Below are positions 1 through 9,588 of a stretch of DNA of 64,000 nt, piece after piece (within the stretch, counting starts at the first letter, position 1; every line of letters begins with the position of its first letter). The stretch covers positions 672,001 to 736,000 of the forward strand of contig CBDBCF010000001.1 in the NCBI GenBank assembly GCA_965202985.1, read 5' to 3'. The DNA is from Longimicrobiales bacterium (GTDB taxonomy: Bacteria > Gemmatimonadota > Gemmatimonadetes > Longimicrobiales > Gaopeijiaceae). Below the pieces are notes generated by a model. That model saw only the letters and a list, made by a program, of their open reading frames with translations. It searched no databases and was not told where the DNA came from. The translations under genes were made by a program, and so were the position numbers.

Positions 1-399
1 GCCGCAGGCGTCCTGAAGTCGATCGGTTCGTCGGCCGTCCAGATCGTGGACATGCGTCCCGCCGGGCGCTTCGCAGGGGTCGAGCCCGAGCCCAGAGCCG
101 GCCTGAGGGGCGGCCACGTGCCGGGTAGCCGCAACCTTCCCTACACCGAGTTGGTGGATCGAAGCACGGGATTGGCGATCGGCAAGGATGAACTGGGACG
201 CGCACTCGCCGGCGCCGGCGTGGACCCAGGCAAGGAGCTGGTGGCCACGTGCGGCTCCGGCACCAGCGCCTGCGCCTTCGCGTGGTGCATGGCTCGGGCC
301 GGCTACGGCGAGGTCGCGATCTATGACGGTTCGTGGTCGGAGTGGGGCGGCCGGAACGATCTGCCGATGGAGACGGGGCCGCCGGGCATCGCGGACTAA
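1..399 (+). CDS. sseA: 3-mercaptopyruvate/thiosulfate sulfurtransferase (rhodanese), C-terminal part, truncated by window edge
   Basis: Motifs D.R...RF.G..PEPR, GHVPGSRNLPY, active-site CGSGTSAC and C-terminal YDGSWSEWG; frame open from base 1. Confidence 0.9.
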   Translation, partial: AAGVLKSIGSSAVQIVDMRPAGRFAGVEPEPRAGLRGGHVPGSRNLPYTELVDRSTGLAIGKDELGRALAGAGVDPGKELVATCGSGTSACAFAWCMARAGYGEVAIYDGSWSEWGGRNDLPMETGPPGIAD

Positions 400-775
400 C
401 GCCGCCTTCGTTCGGCCGTTACGGTGCCGCGACGCGGTCCCAGGACCCAGTTGCCCGACAGGAAGCCGTCGTCCACGGCCAAGCGCAGCACGAGCGTTCC
501 TTGGCCCGTATCGGCATCCACCGTCATCTGGCCGGGACCGGTCTCCACGGCCACGATCTCCGCAGACAGCCCACCCGCTTCCAATCGGCCCCGATACGTC
601 CCCGGTGCTCCGCGGATCTCCAGGACGCCCTCGGCCACCATCACCTCCGAAGCCAACGTCACGACGTAGGCGCCAGCAGGGTCGAGCGCCGCGACGGACG
701 ACGGCGCCCCGGCCGGTCCGGGGCCTCCGGCGCAGGCGCAGGCCAGCGCCGCCGGGATCAGCCTGCCAGGGACGT
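396..775 (-). CDS. Hypothetical small exported/lipoprotein-like protein (start uncertain)
   Basis: 3' part of ORF 396..1118 reads as a plausible beta-rich protein after a LACACAGG segment; no clear start codon found. Confidence 0.4.
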
Positions 776-1036
776 GGCCGTCACCCAGTCGGCGACGGTG
801 CCCGCGACGGCGCGTATTCCGGTCATGACCCCGTCGCCCACGGCGACCAGGATGTTCCCGACCGTCGTTTCGTCCAGCCACCCGAACCAGACCGCCACGG
901 CCACGATCAACCCAGCCGGCAGCAGGAGCTTGACGACCACCCGCGCGACCTCGCGGAACACCGCCCAGACCACGCCGGCCACCAAGGCCAGAATGACGAC
1001 CTCGCCCACCAGAGCGGGCGTTGCCAGTTCGGTCAC
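758..1036 (-). CDS. Small hypothetical membrane protein
   Basis: 92 aa with hydrophobic segments; GGGAGG RBS upstream of the GTG start. Confidence 0.65.
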   Translation of the reverse strand: MTELATPALVGEVVILALVAGVVWAVFREVARVVVKLLLPAGLIVAVAVWFGWLDETTVGNILVAVGDGVMTGIRAVAGTVADWVTATSLAG

Positions 1037-1223
1037 GGTGTTCCTCCCATTCCGAAGACATCCGCACCCATGCTCGTTGTCGCACCGCCCTACGAGATGG
1101 CACGGCGGAAGTCTTCACTTCCCTACCGCCGGGGCGCCGGCGCGTTCGCGGAGGCGCCGCACGGGCGGGAGGCGCTTGGGGAGAGGCGTCGGGGACTTCC
1201 CCGGCGTGGATGCCTCGCCTAGC

Positions 1224-1511
1224 CTAGCCGACTCGGTCCTTGAAGCCCTTCGCCGCCTTGAAGGCCGGGTAGTTGCGCGCCGGAACCTGGATCTGCTCCC
1301 CCGTGCGGGGGTTGCGGCCCGTGCGCGCCGCCCGCTGACGCACCTCGAAGGTTCCGAAGCCTCCGAGGTTGAGCTTGCCGCCGGCGTCCAGCTCGTCGGC
1401 GATGATCCCGGTGGCCGGGTTGAAGATGCTGTCCACCAGCTGGGCGGCCAGCGGCTGGGTCAGCCAGTCGTTCCTGCTCGCGAGTTCCCTGGCCATTTCG
1501 GTCTTGTTCAC
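1224..1511 (-). CDS. hup: HU family DNA-binding protein
   Basis: MNKTE start, [20 protein letters not shown] and PAFKA signatures. Confidence 0.95.
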   Translation of the reverse strand: MNKTEMARELASRNDWLTQPLAAQLVDSIFNPATGIIADELDAGGKLNLGGFGTFEVRQRAARTGRNPRTGEQIQVPARNYPAFKAAKGFKDRVG

Positions 1512-1656
1512 TCAACTGCTCCTTCGAGGGGTGGGTTGCTGGAATGCCCGGCTCCATCGGACCGGGGCTGTCGAATGCGAGGCGAGCACCGTCGCATCAA
1601 GGTACAATGAACGCGCGCTGAACGCAAAGGCAATCTCTTCGGAGGGGAAGACGGGC

Positions 1657-2703
1657 ATGACGGGAGCGATCTACAGGCAGTACCGGGGAGAGATCGTGCT
1701 GGAGTCGCTGCCGGACCCCGAGCCCCCGCCCGGCGGCGTGGTCCTTCGCGTGGAGGCCTGCGGCGTGTGCCGGAGCGATTGGCACGGATGGGTGGGGCAC
1801 GACCCCGACATCGTCCTTCCCCACGTGCCGGGACACGAGATCGCCGGGGTGGTCGAGGAGGTCGGCGCCGACGTGCGAAGGTGGCGGAGCAGCGACCGGG
1901 TGGTGGTGCCCTTCATTGCCGGATGCGGGCGCTGCCGCCCTTGCCGCGCCGGACAGCAGCAAGTGTGCGACCGCCAGTTCCAGCCCGGCTTTCACGGATG
2001 GGGCGGCTTCGCAGAACGGGTCGCGCTGCGCGAGGCCGACCTTACGCTGGCGGCGCTGCCCCCGGAGATGGAGTTCGCGACCGCGGCGGGACTGGGCTGC
2101 CGGTTCGCCACCGCATTCCGCGCCGTGGAGGCGCAGGGCCGCGTGCGTCCGGGGGACTGGGTCGCGGTGCACGGATGCGGGGGCGTGGGCCTGTCGGCGG
2201 TCATGATCGCCCGGGCCATCGGCGCCCGCGTGGTGGCGGTGGACATCCGCCCGGAGCCGCTGGAGCTGGCGCGACGGCTGGGCGCCGCGGCCACGGTGGA
2301 CGCCTCCGCCTCGGCGGACCCGGCTGAAGAGGTGCGCGTGCGGACCGAAGGCGGCGCCCACGTGTCCCTGGACGCCCTGGGCCACCCGGACACGTGCTTC
2401 AACTCGGTGGCCTGCCTTCGCAAGCGCGGACGCCACGTCCAGGTCGGCCTCGCGACCGGCGACGACCGCCACCCCCGCGTCCCCATGGACCGCGTGATCG
2501 CCTGGGAGCTGGAGATGCTGGGCAGCCACGGCCTTCAGGCCCACGAGTACGACCGGATGCTGCGGATGATCGCGGCGGGGTTTATCGACCCGGGCCGGCT
2601 GGTGACGCGCACCGTCTCGCTGGCGGAAGGCGCGGCGATCCTTGCGGGGATGGACGCCTACGATGTCGTGGGCGCAGTCGTGATCGTGCCCAGCACCTCC
2701 TGA
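1657..2703 (+). CDS. Zinc-dependent alcohol dehydrogenase (MDR family)
   Basis: CGVCRSD, GHE..G.V, CGRCRPC structural Zn site, GCGGVG Rossmann motif; ATG 1657 follows GGAGGGG. Confidence 0.9.
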   Translation: MTGAIYRQYRGEIVLESLPDPEPPPGGVVLRVEACGVCRSDWHGWVGHDPDIVLPHVPGHEIAGVVEEVGADVRRWRSSDRVVVPFIAGCGRCRPCRAGQQQVCDRQFQPGFHGWGGFAERVALREADLTLAALPPEMEFATAAGLGCRFATAFRAVEAQGRVRPGDWVAVHGCGGVGLSAVMIARAIGARVVAVDIRPEPLELARRLGAAATVDASASADPAEEVRVRTEGGAHVSLDALGHPDTCFNSVACLRKRGRHVQVGLATGDDRHPRVPMDRVIAWELEMLGSHGLQAHEYDRMLRMIAAGFIDPGRLVTRTVSLAEGAAILAGMDAYDVVGAVVIVPSTS

Positions 2704-3845
2704 ACCGCCCGCCCCACCTGCTCCATCTCCGCGCGCGTGTTGTAGAGGTGGGGCGACAACCGCACGCCGCCTCGGCGAAGCGACGCGATCACTCCCCGGT
2801 CGGCCAGCCCTTCCAGCAACTGCTCGGGCTCGGCCCGTGGATGGCGGAACACCAGTATGTGGCGCCGGTGCTCGGGGGCCGGCTCCGTCGTGCAGCCCAG
2901 GGACTCCAGGCGCCGCGCCAAGTGGTCCACCAACTCCGTCGCGTGCGCCGCGACCGCTTCGATCCCCGCCTCCTCCAGCAGCGCCAGCGCCGCCGAGAAG
3001 CCCGCGATCAGCGGGTACGACAGGCTCCCTTCCTCGTAGCGGCCCGCCGTGTCCTGGAGCTCGAAGTGGATTCGGTCGAAGTCGAACGCCTCCGTGGTGC
3101 TCCGCCAGCCCAGAAGGGGCGGATGGACCTGCTCCACGAGCGAACGGTCCACGAAGACGGCGCCGATGCCCATCATGCCCAGCATCCACTTGTGGCTGTC
3201 GGCGGACAGGAAGTGGACGCCGGACTTCTTCACGTCGATCGGCAGCACCCCGACGGTCTGGATGCCGTCCACGCAAAGCAGGACGCCCCGCTCTCGGCAC
3301 AAGGCCCCCAGGCCGTCCAGGTCGGCGACCGCGCCGGTGGCGTACTGGGCCGAGCTCGTTGCAAGCACCCGCGTGGCCGGTCGCAGTGCGCGGGCTGCGG
3401 CCTCCACGGTCACGGCGCCCCGGTCCGCCTCCACCGCGTCCAAGGCGACGATCCCTCGTCGCGCCAGGTCCATCCACGGATAGACGTTGGACGGGTACTC
3501 CAGGGGAGCGGCCACGGCCACCCGGTCTCCGGGCCGCCAGTTCAGCCCGGACGCCAGCAGCGACAGCCCGTGAGAAGTGTTGCGGACGAAGGCGATCTCT
3601 TCGGGTTCGGCACCCACCAGCCGGGCGAACTGCTCGCGGCACTTGCGGGCCAAGTCTTCCCAGGCGTCGAAGCTGGGGCGCCCCAGGTGAGCCAGCGAGT
3701 CCATGAACTCGTGGACGGCCTCGACCACTCTGGTGGAGGTGGGCGCCACGCCGGCGTGGTTGAGAAACACGACGCGGTCCGCGACCGGGAACTCGTCTCG
3801 GAAGGACCGGAGGGCGCCGTTCCCGGCAAGCTTCGAGCAGGTCAT
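2658..3845 (-). CDS. Class V PLP-dependent aminotransferase / cysteine desulfurase-like
   Basis: [26 protein letters not shown] (PLP lysine), RLSPHLYN. Confidence 0.9.
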   Translation of the reverse strand: MTCSKLAGNGALRSFRDEFPVADRVVFLNHAGVAPTSTRVVEAVHEFMDSLAHLGRPSFDAWEDLARKCREQFARLVGAEPEEIAFVRNTSHGLSLLASGLNWRPGDRVAVAAPLEYPSNVYPWMDLARRGIVALDAVEADRGAVTVEAAARALRPATRVLATSSAQYATGAVADLDGLGALCRERGVLLCVDGIQTVGVLPIDVKKSGVHFLSADSHKWMLGMMGIGAVFVDRSLVEQVHPPLLGWRSTTEAFDFDRIHFELQDTAGRYEEGSLSYPLIAGFSAALALLEEAGIEAVAAHATELVDHLARRLESLGCTTEPAPEHRRHILVFRHPRAEPEQLLEGLADRGVIASLRRGGVRLSPHLYNTRAEMEQVGRAVQEVLGTITTAPTTS

Positions 3846-4666
3846 CGCGGGGCTCGGCCTTGTTCGATTCCGAAGGGGGTGCGAACCGCTCCCCGGCGGC
3901 GGGTTCGGCGTCGGAGGTGGCGGTTGCGAGCCTCGGCGGCCGGGTCCGCGTAGCCTCGGGCGTGCTCCAAGTGAAGGCAGACGGCGCGGTAGCGAACGCA
4001 CTTCCCGCGGACGCCGGCGTTCTCCAGGCGTTCGCCGAACTCCCGGTCCTCGCCTCCGTAGCCCATGCGCTCGTCGAAGCCGTTGGCCGCGCGGGCGTCG
4101 GCGGCCCAACACGAGGCGTTGCCGCCGTTCCAGGTGGGCTTGGTGGTGGTAAGGAGATCGGCAGCGGTGCGGGTCCAGGCCGGCGTCGAGAGCTTGGCGA
4201 GGCCCCGCAGTCGGCAGCCGCCCGCGTCGCGCACCCACCGCCGGGTGAACGCTTCGCCGGTCTCGACGGCGGATCGGCTCACCGCCTTGCTGGCGGCGAT
4301 CGACAGCCGCGCGGCGCCGCCGGAGAGAAAGCGCCCCCTTCGCGCCAAGGCCGCGTGAACCGCCAGAAAGTCGGCTCGGGGCACGCAGTCTCCGTCGGTG
4401 AAGACCAGGTACGGGGCTCGGGCGCCGGCAACGGCCCTATTGAGAATGCGCGGCTTGCGAAAGCCCCTGTCCTCCTGCCAAACATGGCGTACGGCAACCC
4501 CGAGCCGCCGCCGACTTCGCTCGATCAGGCGAGTCGTCTCCGGACCCGACCCGTCGTCGGCCACGACGATCTCGAAGTCCCGATGGCTCTGGGCGCCGTA
4601 GCCCCACAGGACCTTCTCCAGCCATTCCGGCGACTGGTAGGTGCTGACGATCACGGAGAGGCGCAC
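3842..4666 (-). CDS. Glycosyltransferase family 2
   Basis: SVIVSTYQ, IVVADDGS, FTDGDC (DxD), NGFDERMGYGGEDREF. Confidence 0.9.
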   Translation of the reverse strand: MRLSVIVSTYQSPEWLEKVLWGYGAQSHRDFEIVVADDGSGPETTRLIERSRRRLGVAVRHVWQEDRGFRKPRILNRAVAGARAPYLVFTDGDCVPRADFLAVHAALARRGRFLSGGAARLSIAASKAVSRSAVETGEAFTRRWVRDAGGCRLRGLAKLSTPAWTRTAADLLTTTKPTWNGGNASCWAADARAANGFDERMGYGGEDREFGERLENAGVRGKCVRYRAVCLHLEHARGYADPAAEARNRHLRRRTRRRGAVRTPFGIEQGRAPR

Positions 4667-5742
4667 GACCGGCTCTCCGCCAGCGCCAGCGGCTGTTCCA
4701 TGGCCGCCAGCACTTGGTCGGCGGTCAGGTCGGCCATGCAGTCGATGCGGCCAGCGCAGACCAGCTTGCCCTTGCAGGGCGAACACGGACGCCCGGAATG
4801 AAGGATGGCGGCGTCGGGGCTGGGCGGGTCCAGGTACGGCGTGTTCGACCCGAAGAGTAGCACGGCCGGCGTGCCGTGGGCGTGCGCCATGTGCGACAAG
4901 CCAGTGTCCACGCCCACCAGCGCGCGCGCCAGCGAGACCAGCGCCGACGCTTCGCCCAGCGTGGTCCGCCCCACCAAGTCCGCGACCGGTGCGGTCCCAG
5001 GTTCGCCGTCGACGTCCGCCAGGATTCGATCGGCGGCCGCGCGGTCCGCGGGTCCCCCCAAGAGGGCCACGCCAAGGCCGGTCCGTCGGGGCAGCCGCCC
5101 CAGCACGTCCGACCAGCGGCCCTCGAACCAGTGCTTGAAGGACCGGGTCGTGAAGGGACACGCGGCGACGAACCCGCCTTCGAGTCCCGCTTCGCGGACG
5201 ATCCGCTTCGCCCCGGCCAGATCGTCGGCCCCGCAGGGGATCTCCATGGCGAACGAAGTCGTGTCGAGTCCCAGGACAGACGCCAGGTGCGCGTACTCCC
5301 ACGAGATCTTTCGCGGGTCGCCGCCGCGCTTCACCACCTTCGTCATCAGGAGACGCGACCCCTCGCGGCCACCGAGGCCGATCCGGACGGGGGCCCCCGA
5401 CAGGAAGGTCACCGCGCCGCTGCGCAGCAGGCCTTGAGCGTCCACCACAGCGTCAAAGCGGCGGGAGCGCAGCGCCTCGGCGAACGCCGTCGCGGCACGG
5501 GCCAGTTCGTTCCAGCGCCCGCGCCGCAGCAACTCCTTCCAGGCGGCGCGCTCCCAGACGATCACCTCATCCAGGTGCGGGTTGTGGCGGATCAGCTCCG
5601 CCGTCCGTTCTTCGGCCGCCCAGGCGATGTGGGCCCGGGGATGGCGGCGGCGCAACGCCCCGGCCAGCGGAGACGCCAACGCGACATCGCCTCGGGCCGA
5701 GAGCCGAACGATCAGGATCGCGCGGACGTGTCTGGGGATCAT
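4651..5742 (-). CDS. Glycosyltransferase family 9 (LPS heptosyltransferase-like)
   Basis: ILIVRLSARGDV, DAQGLLRS, VGVDTGLSHMA, LFG motifs. Confidence 0.9.
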   Translation of the reverse strand: MIPRHVRAILIVRLSARGDVALASPLAGALRRRHPRAHIAWAAEERTAELIRHNPHLDEVIVWERAAWKELLRRGRWNELARAATAFAEALRSRRFDAVVDAQGLLRSGAVTFLSGAPVRIGLGGREGSRLLMTKVVKRGGDPRKISWEYAHLASVLGLDTTSFAMEIPCGADDLAGAKRIVREAGLEGGFVAACPFTTRSFKHWFEGRWSDVLGRLPRRTGLGVALLGGPADRAAADRILADVDGEPGTAPVADLVGRTTLGEASALVSLARALVGVDTGLSHMAHAHGTPAVLLFGSNTPYLDPPSPDAAILHSGRPCSPCKGKLVCAGRIDCMADLTADQVLAAMEQPLALAESRSCASP

Positions 5743-5819
5743 TCATGGAAGGTTATGATTGGCCGCGGGCCGTACAACCCTTGCCGCCGCTGCCCTCCAA
5801 CAACGAGACGCCTTCTCCG

Positions 5820-7160
5820 ATGACCGGACTCTTGCGCGACGTGGCCGTGGGGCTGGGGCTGGCGGTCCACTGCTGCCGGAAGCGATCGACGACGGGGAGG
5901 TGGCCGACGGGGGTCGGCGCGCGCAACGGCAGGGTCGGCCCCGTGGAGCGGCGAACGCCGGGACCTCGGGTCCTGGTCCACGGGGTGAGCGTGGGCGAGA
6001 CGCATGCGCTCGAGCCGCTGACGGAGGCGCTGGCCGCGTCGCCGTTGGAGCCGGACTTGGTGGCGAGCGCCAGCACCGAGACGGGGTTCGCGCGGGCCGT
6101 GGAGGTTCACGGGGCTACCCGGGCCGTCGTGCGGTTTCCGCTGGACTTCACGTGGACAGTGCGACGGTTTCTGGACGCCGTGCGCCCCCGCGTGGTCGTC
6201 TTGGCCGAACTCGAGCTTTGGCCGTCGTTCTTGGGCGCGTGCGCACGACGGGGAATATCGGTGTGCGTGGTGAACGGCAGGCTCTCCGACCGAAGCCTGC
6301 GGGGCTACCGGGCAGGCCGCGCGGTTGCGGGACGGATGTTTCGCGGGCTGGCCCTGGTGGCAACGCAGACCGAGGCGGACCGGGACCGCTTCGTGTCGAT
6401 GGGGGTTCCGCCCGCTCGGTGCGTGACGACGGGCAACTTGAAGTGGGACGCGGCCCGCAGCCGCCCGAGCGTTCGGTCGGCGGAAGCGCTGGCCTCGGCG
6501 CTGGGCGTCGACCGGACTCGGCCCCTGGTGGTGGCGGGCTCCACGGGACCCGGAGAGGAGGCGCAGCTGCTCCGCGGCCTGCCGGCGGGGTGCCAGCTGC
6601 TCTTGGCGCCCCGGAACCCCGACCGTTGGGACGAGGTGGCGGCGCTGGTCCCGGGGATGCGGCGGCGGAGCCGCGTTTCGGGACAAGAGCGGGCAGATGG
6701 GGCCGACCGGCCGGCGCGAACGGGCCTTTCGGCGGCGGGAGCGCACCCCTCGGCGTCGGACATGTTCCTGCTGGACACGCTGGGCGAGCTGCCGGCCGCC
6801 TATTCTCTGGCCAGCGCCGTCTTCGTGGGCCGAAGCTTGGCGGCGCTGGGCGGCTCGAACCCGATCGAGCCCGTGGCGCTGGGCAAGCCGACGGTGACGG
6901 GTCCTCGTTGCGAGAACTTCCGGGGCGTGGTGGACGACCTCTTGGAGGAAGGAGGGATCGTCGTCAGCGAAGATCCCATGGCCCTGATCGAGCGATGGAC
7001 GGCGGATCCGAAGGCCGCCGAGGCCGTGGCCGCCGGGGGTCTGCGGGCGCTGGACCGGCATTCGGGCAGCGCTAGGCGGACGGCCGAGCTGGTGCTGCGG
7101 CTGGTCGAGCGGCAGTCGGGCGCGACTGGGTCTGGAAGAGGCGCCTCCGTCGCCCGCTAG
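5820..7160 (+). CDS. waaA: Kdo transferase
   Basis: HGVSVGE, P.D, ELELWP, NGRLSDRS, GNLKWD, AGST, DTLGEL, GGSNPIEP; alternative start at 5745. Confidence 0.9.
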   Translation: MTGLLRDVAVGLGLAVHCCRKRSTTGRWPTGVGARNGRVGPVERRTPGPRVLVHGVSVGETHALEPLTEALAASPLEPDLVASASTETGFARAVEVHGATRAVVRFPLDFTWTVRRFLDAVRPRVVVLAELELWPSFLGACARRGISVCVVNGRLSDRSLRGYRAGRAVAGRMFRGLALVATQTEADRDRFVSMGVPPARCVTTGNLKWDAARSRPSVRSAEALASALGVDRTRPLVVAGSTGPGEEAQLLRGLPAGCQLLLAPRNPDRWDEVAALVPGMRRRSRVSGQERADGADRPARTGLSAAGAHPSASDMFLLDTLGELPAAYSLASAVFVGRSLAALGGSNPIEPVALGKPTVTGPRCENFRGVVDDLLEEGGIVVSEDPMALIERWTADPKAAEAVAAGGLRALDRHSGSARRTAELVLRLVERQSGATGSGRGASVAR

Positions 7161-7927
7161 GCTGGCCCGACCACCAGGCCCATGTACCAGCCTGCGATCC
7201 GGTCGCCCCAGACGTAGGCCGCGCCCGCTCCCACGGAGAGGAAGACGCCGAAGGGGACGAGCTTGCCCGAGCGGAGCGACACCGGGCCGAAGACGACGGT
7301 TCCCGCCAGGGCGCCGGCAAGGAGCGCGACCAGCACCCCGGCCGGCCCCAGGAACGCGCCGATCATGGCCATCGTCTTGATGTCGCCACCGCCCATCGCC
7401 GGCTTCTTGAAGACCAGCTTGCCGACGAACGCCGTGCCCCACAGGAGGCAGAACCCCAGGGCGGCCCCACCGATGCTGGCGGTCGCGTCCGGCCCGCCGG
7501 CAAGAGGCGCCGAGGCCAGGCCGAGGGCGGCGCCGCCCAGGGAGAACTGGTCCGGGATCAGGTAGGTGCGGGCGTCCGCAATGGCAATCCCCAGAAGGAT
7601 GGTGAGGAAGACGGCCCCCCGCAGCGCCTCGGGGTGCACGCCCCAGTGGTGCGCCGCGCCGGCCCAGATCATCCCGGTCGCGACTTCGGCCAGCGGATAC
7701 TGGGGACTTACGCGGGCGCCGCAGCTTCGGCAGCGGCCTCGGACCAACAGGTAGCCCACCACCGGCACGTTATCGCGCCAGCGAACGGGCTTGCCGCAGC
7801 TTCGGCAACGCGACCCGGGGCTCGTCACCGACTCGTCGGCGGTCCAACGGAAGACGCAGACGTTCAGGAAGGAGCCGAGGCAGAGCCCCAGCGCCCCGGC
7901 CACAGTTACGTAGGCGCCGTCGCTCAC
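7157..7927 (-). CDS. pilD: Type IV prepilin peptidase (A24)
   Basis: GSFLNVC, two CxxC pairs, MGGGDIK, VPFGVFL. Confidence 0.9.
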   Translation of the reverse strand: MSDGAYVTVAGALGLCLGSFLNVCVFRWTADESVTSPGSRCRSCGKPVRWRDNVPVVGYLLVRGRCRSCGARVSPQYPLAEVATGMIWAGAAHHWGVHPEALRGAVFLTILLGIAIADARTYLIPDQFSLGGAALGLASAPLAGGPDATASIGGAALGFCLLWGTAFVGKLVFKKPAMGGGDIKTMAMIGAFLGPAGVLVALLAGALAGTVVFGPVSLRSGKLVPFGVFLSVGAGAAYVWGDRIAGWYMGLVVGPA

Positions 7928-8742
7928 CGCGGTCTCGACGACAGGACGTACATCAGGATCGACCCGGCCACAGCCACGTTGAGGGAGTCCACCCCGGGAG
8001 CAAGGGGCACGGCCACGGCGCGACCCAACCGCCGGTAGCGATCCGACACGCCCCGAACCTCGTTGCCCACCACCAGCACCCAGCTCGCGCCGGGGGTGTC
8101 CGCAACGTCCGGGAGCGCGTCCCGGGGCAGGGCCAAGGGGGCGCTCGCAGCGTCCGGGGGAACGCCCGCGGGGTCCGCGTAGAGCAGGCGCGGCGGGGAC
8201 GCCGAGGCCGACTCTTCCCCAGCCGGAAAACCCGGGGGCACGACCAGGAGAGGCACGCGGAAGACTCCGCCGGCCGACGCCCGGACCACCTTGGGGTTCC
8301 ACGGGTCCACCGTTCCCTGGCCGATCGCGACTCCGTCGAGGCCGAAGGCCCAGGCGCTCCGCACCAGCGTCCCCAAGTTGCCCGGCCCCTGGACGGCATC
8401 GGCAACCATGTATCGCCCCGGAAGGAGAGGTCGCGCCTCCAGTGGCGGCGTCTTGACGACGGCCAGCGCGGGGCGCGGCGACTCGGTAGCGCAGATGTCC
8501 ACAACTTCGTCGTCCGGTGCAAGCACTGTGGTCACCCCCCTCTCGCGACCCAGCGACGCGATCTCCCAGCCCTCCGGGGTCCCCGCGTACTCCTCCCCGA
8601 TCGCCGTCCACGCGACCTGGACCGGCGAGCGCAGCGCCTCCGCGATCACTTTCGGACCCTCCACCACCGTCATCCGCTTCCGCGCCCGGTGACGGCTTCG
8701 GGCCAACAGCTCGACCGTCCTCCGCTTAGCTTTGCTGATCAT
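7924..8742 (-). CDS. TrmH/SpoU family RNA methyltransferase
   Basis: VQGPGNLGTLVRSA, VVRASAG, GNE.RGVS, SLNVAVAGSI. Confidence 0.9.
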   Translation of the reverse strand: MISKAKRRTVELLARSRHRARKRMTVVEGPKVIAEALRSPVQVAWTAIGEEYAGTPEGWEIASLGRERGVTTVLAPDDEVVDICATESPRPALAVVKTPPLEARPLLPGRYMVADAVQGPGNLGTLVRSAWAFGLDGVAIGQGTVDPWNPKVVRASAGGVFRVPLLVVPPGFPAGEESASASPPRLLYADPAGVPPDAASAPLALPRDALPDVADTPGASWVLVVGNEVRGVSDRYRRLGRAVAVPLAPGVDSLNVAVAGSILMYVLSSRPR

Positions 8743-9580
8743 GCGCCGTTCGTCGCCTCCACCGGAGCCGCCGGTCGGGGACCGCCCGCCCGTCGTTCTC
8801 ACCGTGGCCGGGAGCGACAGCGGCGGCGGGGCCGGGATCCAGGCGGACCTCAAGACGTTCCATCAATGGGGCGTCTACGGCGTCTCCGCAGTCACGGCGG
8901 TGACGGCCCAGAACACCCGCGGGGTCCAGAAGGTACACGCGACGCCGCCCGCTGTGGTCGCGGCGCAGATCGGGAGCGTCGCCGACGACTTCGCCGTGCG
9001 GGCGGTCAAGACCGGGATGCTCGCCGGCGCCGACACGGTGCGGGCGGTGGTGGAGGCGCTCCGAGAGCACGACCTGGGCCGCTACGTGCTCGACCCGGTG
9101 ATGGTCGCGACCAGCGGGGACCGTCTGCTCGACCCCGATGCAGTGGACGCGGTTCGGGACGAGCTCCTTCCCTTGGCGGCGCTGATTGCCCCCAATTGGC
9201 CCGAGGCCGTGGTTCTGACCGGCGTCGAGGAGGACAGCGTCGAGGGCATGGAGCGGGCCGCACGGCTGCTAGTGGACGCCGGTGCCGGGGCAGCCCTCGT
9301 CAAGGGTGGGCATCTGGCCGGCGAGGAAGTGGTGGACGTGCTGTGGGACGGTCGGTCGATCCGCGTCCTGCGCGGGCGGCGGATCGCCACCCGCCACACT
9401 CACGGGACGGGGTGTTCGTTGAGCGCTGCGATTGCGGCCGGGCTGGCGTTGGGTCGCCCGGTGCCGAAGGCGGCGGAGGTCGCGGTCGCGTGGGTTCGCC
9501 GGGCAATTGCGGAAGCGCCGGGGCTGGGCCAGGGAAGCGGCCCAATCAACCACTTCGCGACGGCGCCCTCGTCCGTCTGA
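8741..9580 (+). CDS. thiD: Hydroxymethylpyrimidine/phosphomethylpyrimidine kinase
   Basis: LTVAGSDSGGGAGIQADLKT, KTGML, DPVMVATSG, THGTGC. Confidence 0.95.
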   Translation: MRRSSPPPEPPVGDRPPVVLTVAGSDSGGGAGIQADLKTFHQWGVYGVSAVTAVTAQNTRGVQKVHATPPAVVAAQIGSVADDFAVRAVKTGMLAGADTVRAVVEALREHDLGRYVLDPVMVATSGDRLLDPDAVDAVRDELLPLAALIAPNWPEAVVLTGVEEDSVEGMERAARLLVDAGAGAALVKGGHLAGEEVVDVLWDGRSIRVLRGRRIATRHTHGTGCSLSAAIAAGLALGRPVPKAAEVAVAWVRRAIAEAPGLGQGSGPINHFATAPSSV

Positions 9581-9588
9581 CCTGGCAC

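Noticed and set aside
2658..2703. 46-bp tail-to-tail overlap of the ADH and aminotransferase genes
   Set aside because: Short convergent overlaps are common in high-GC genomes.
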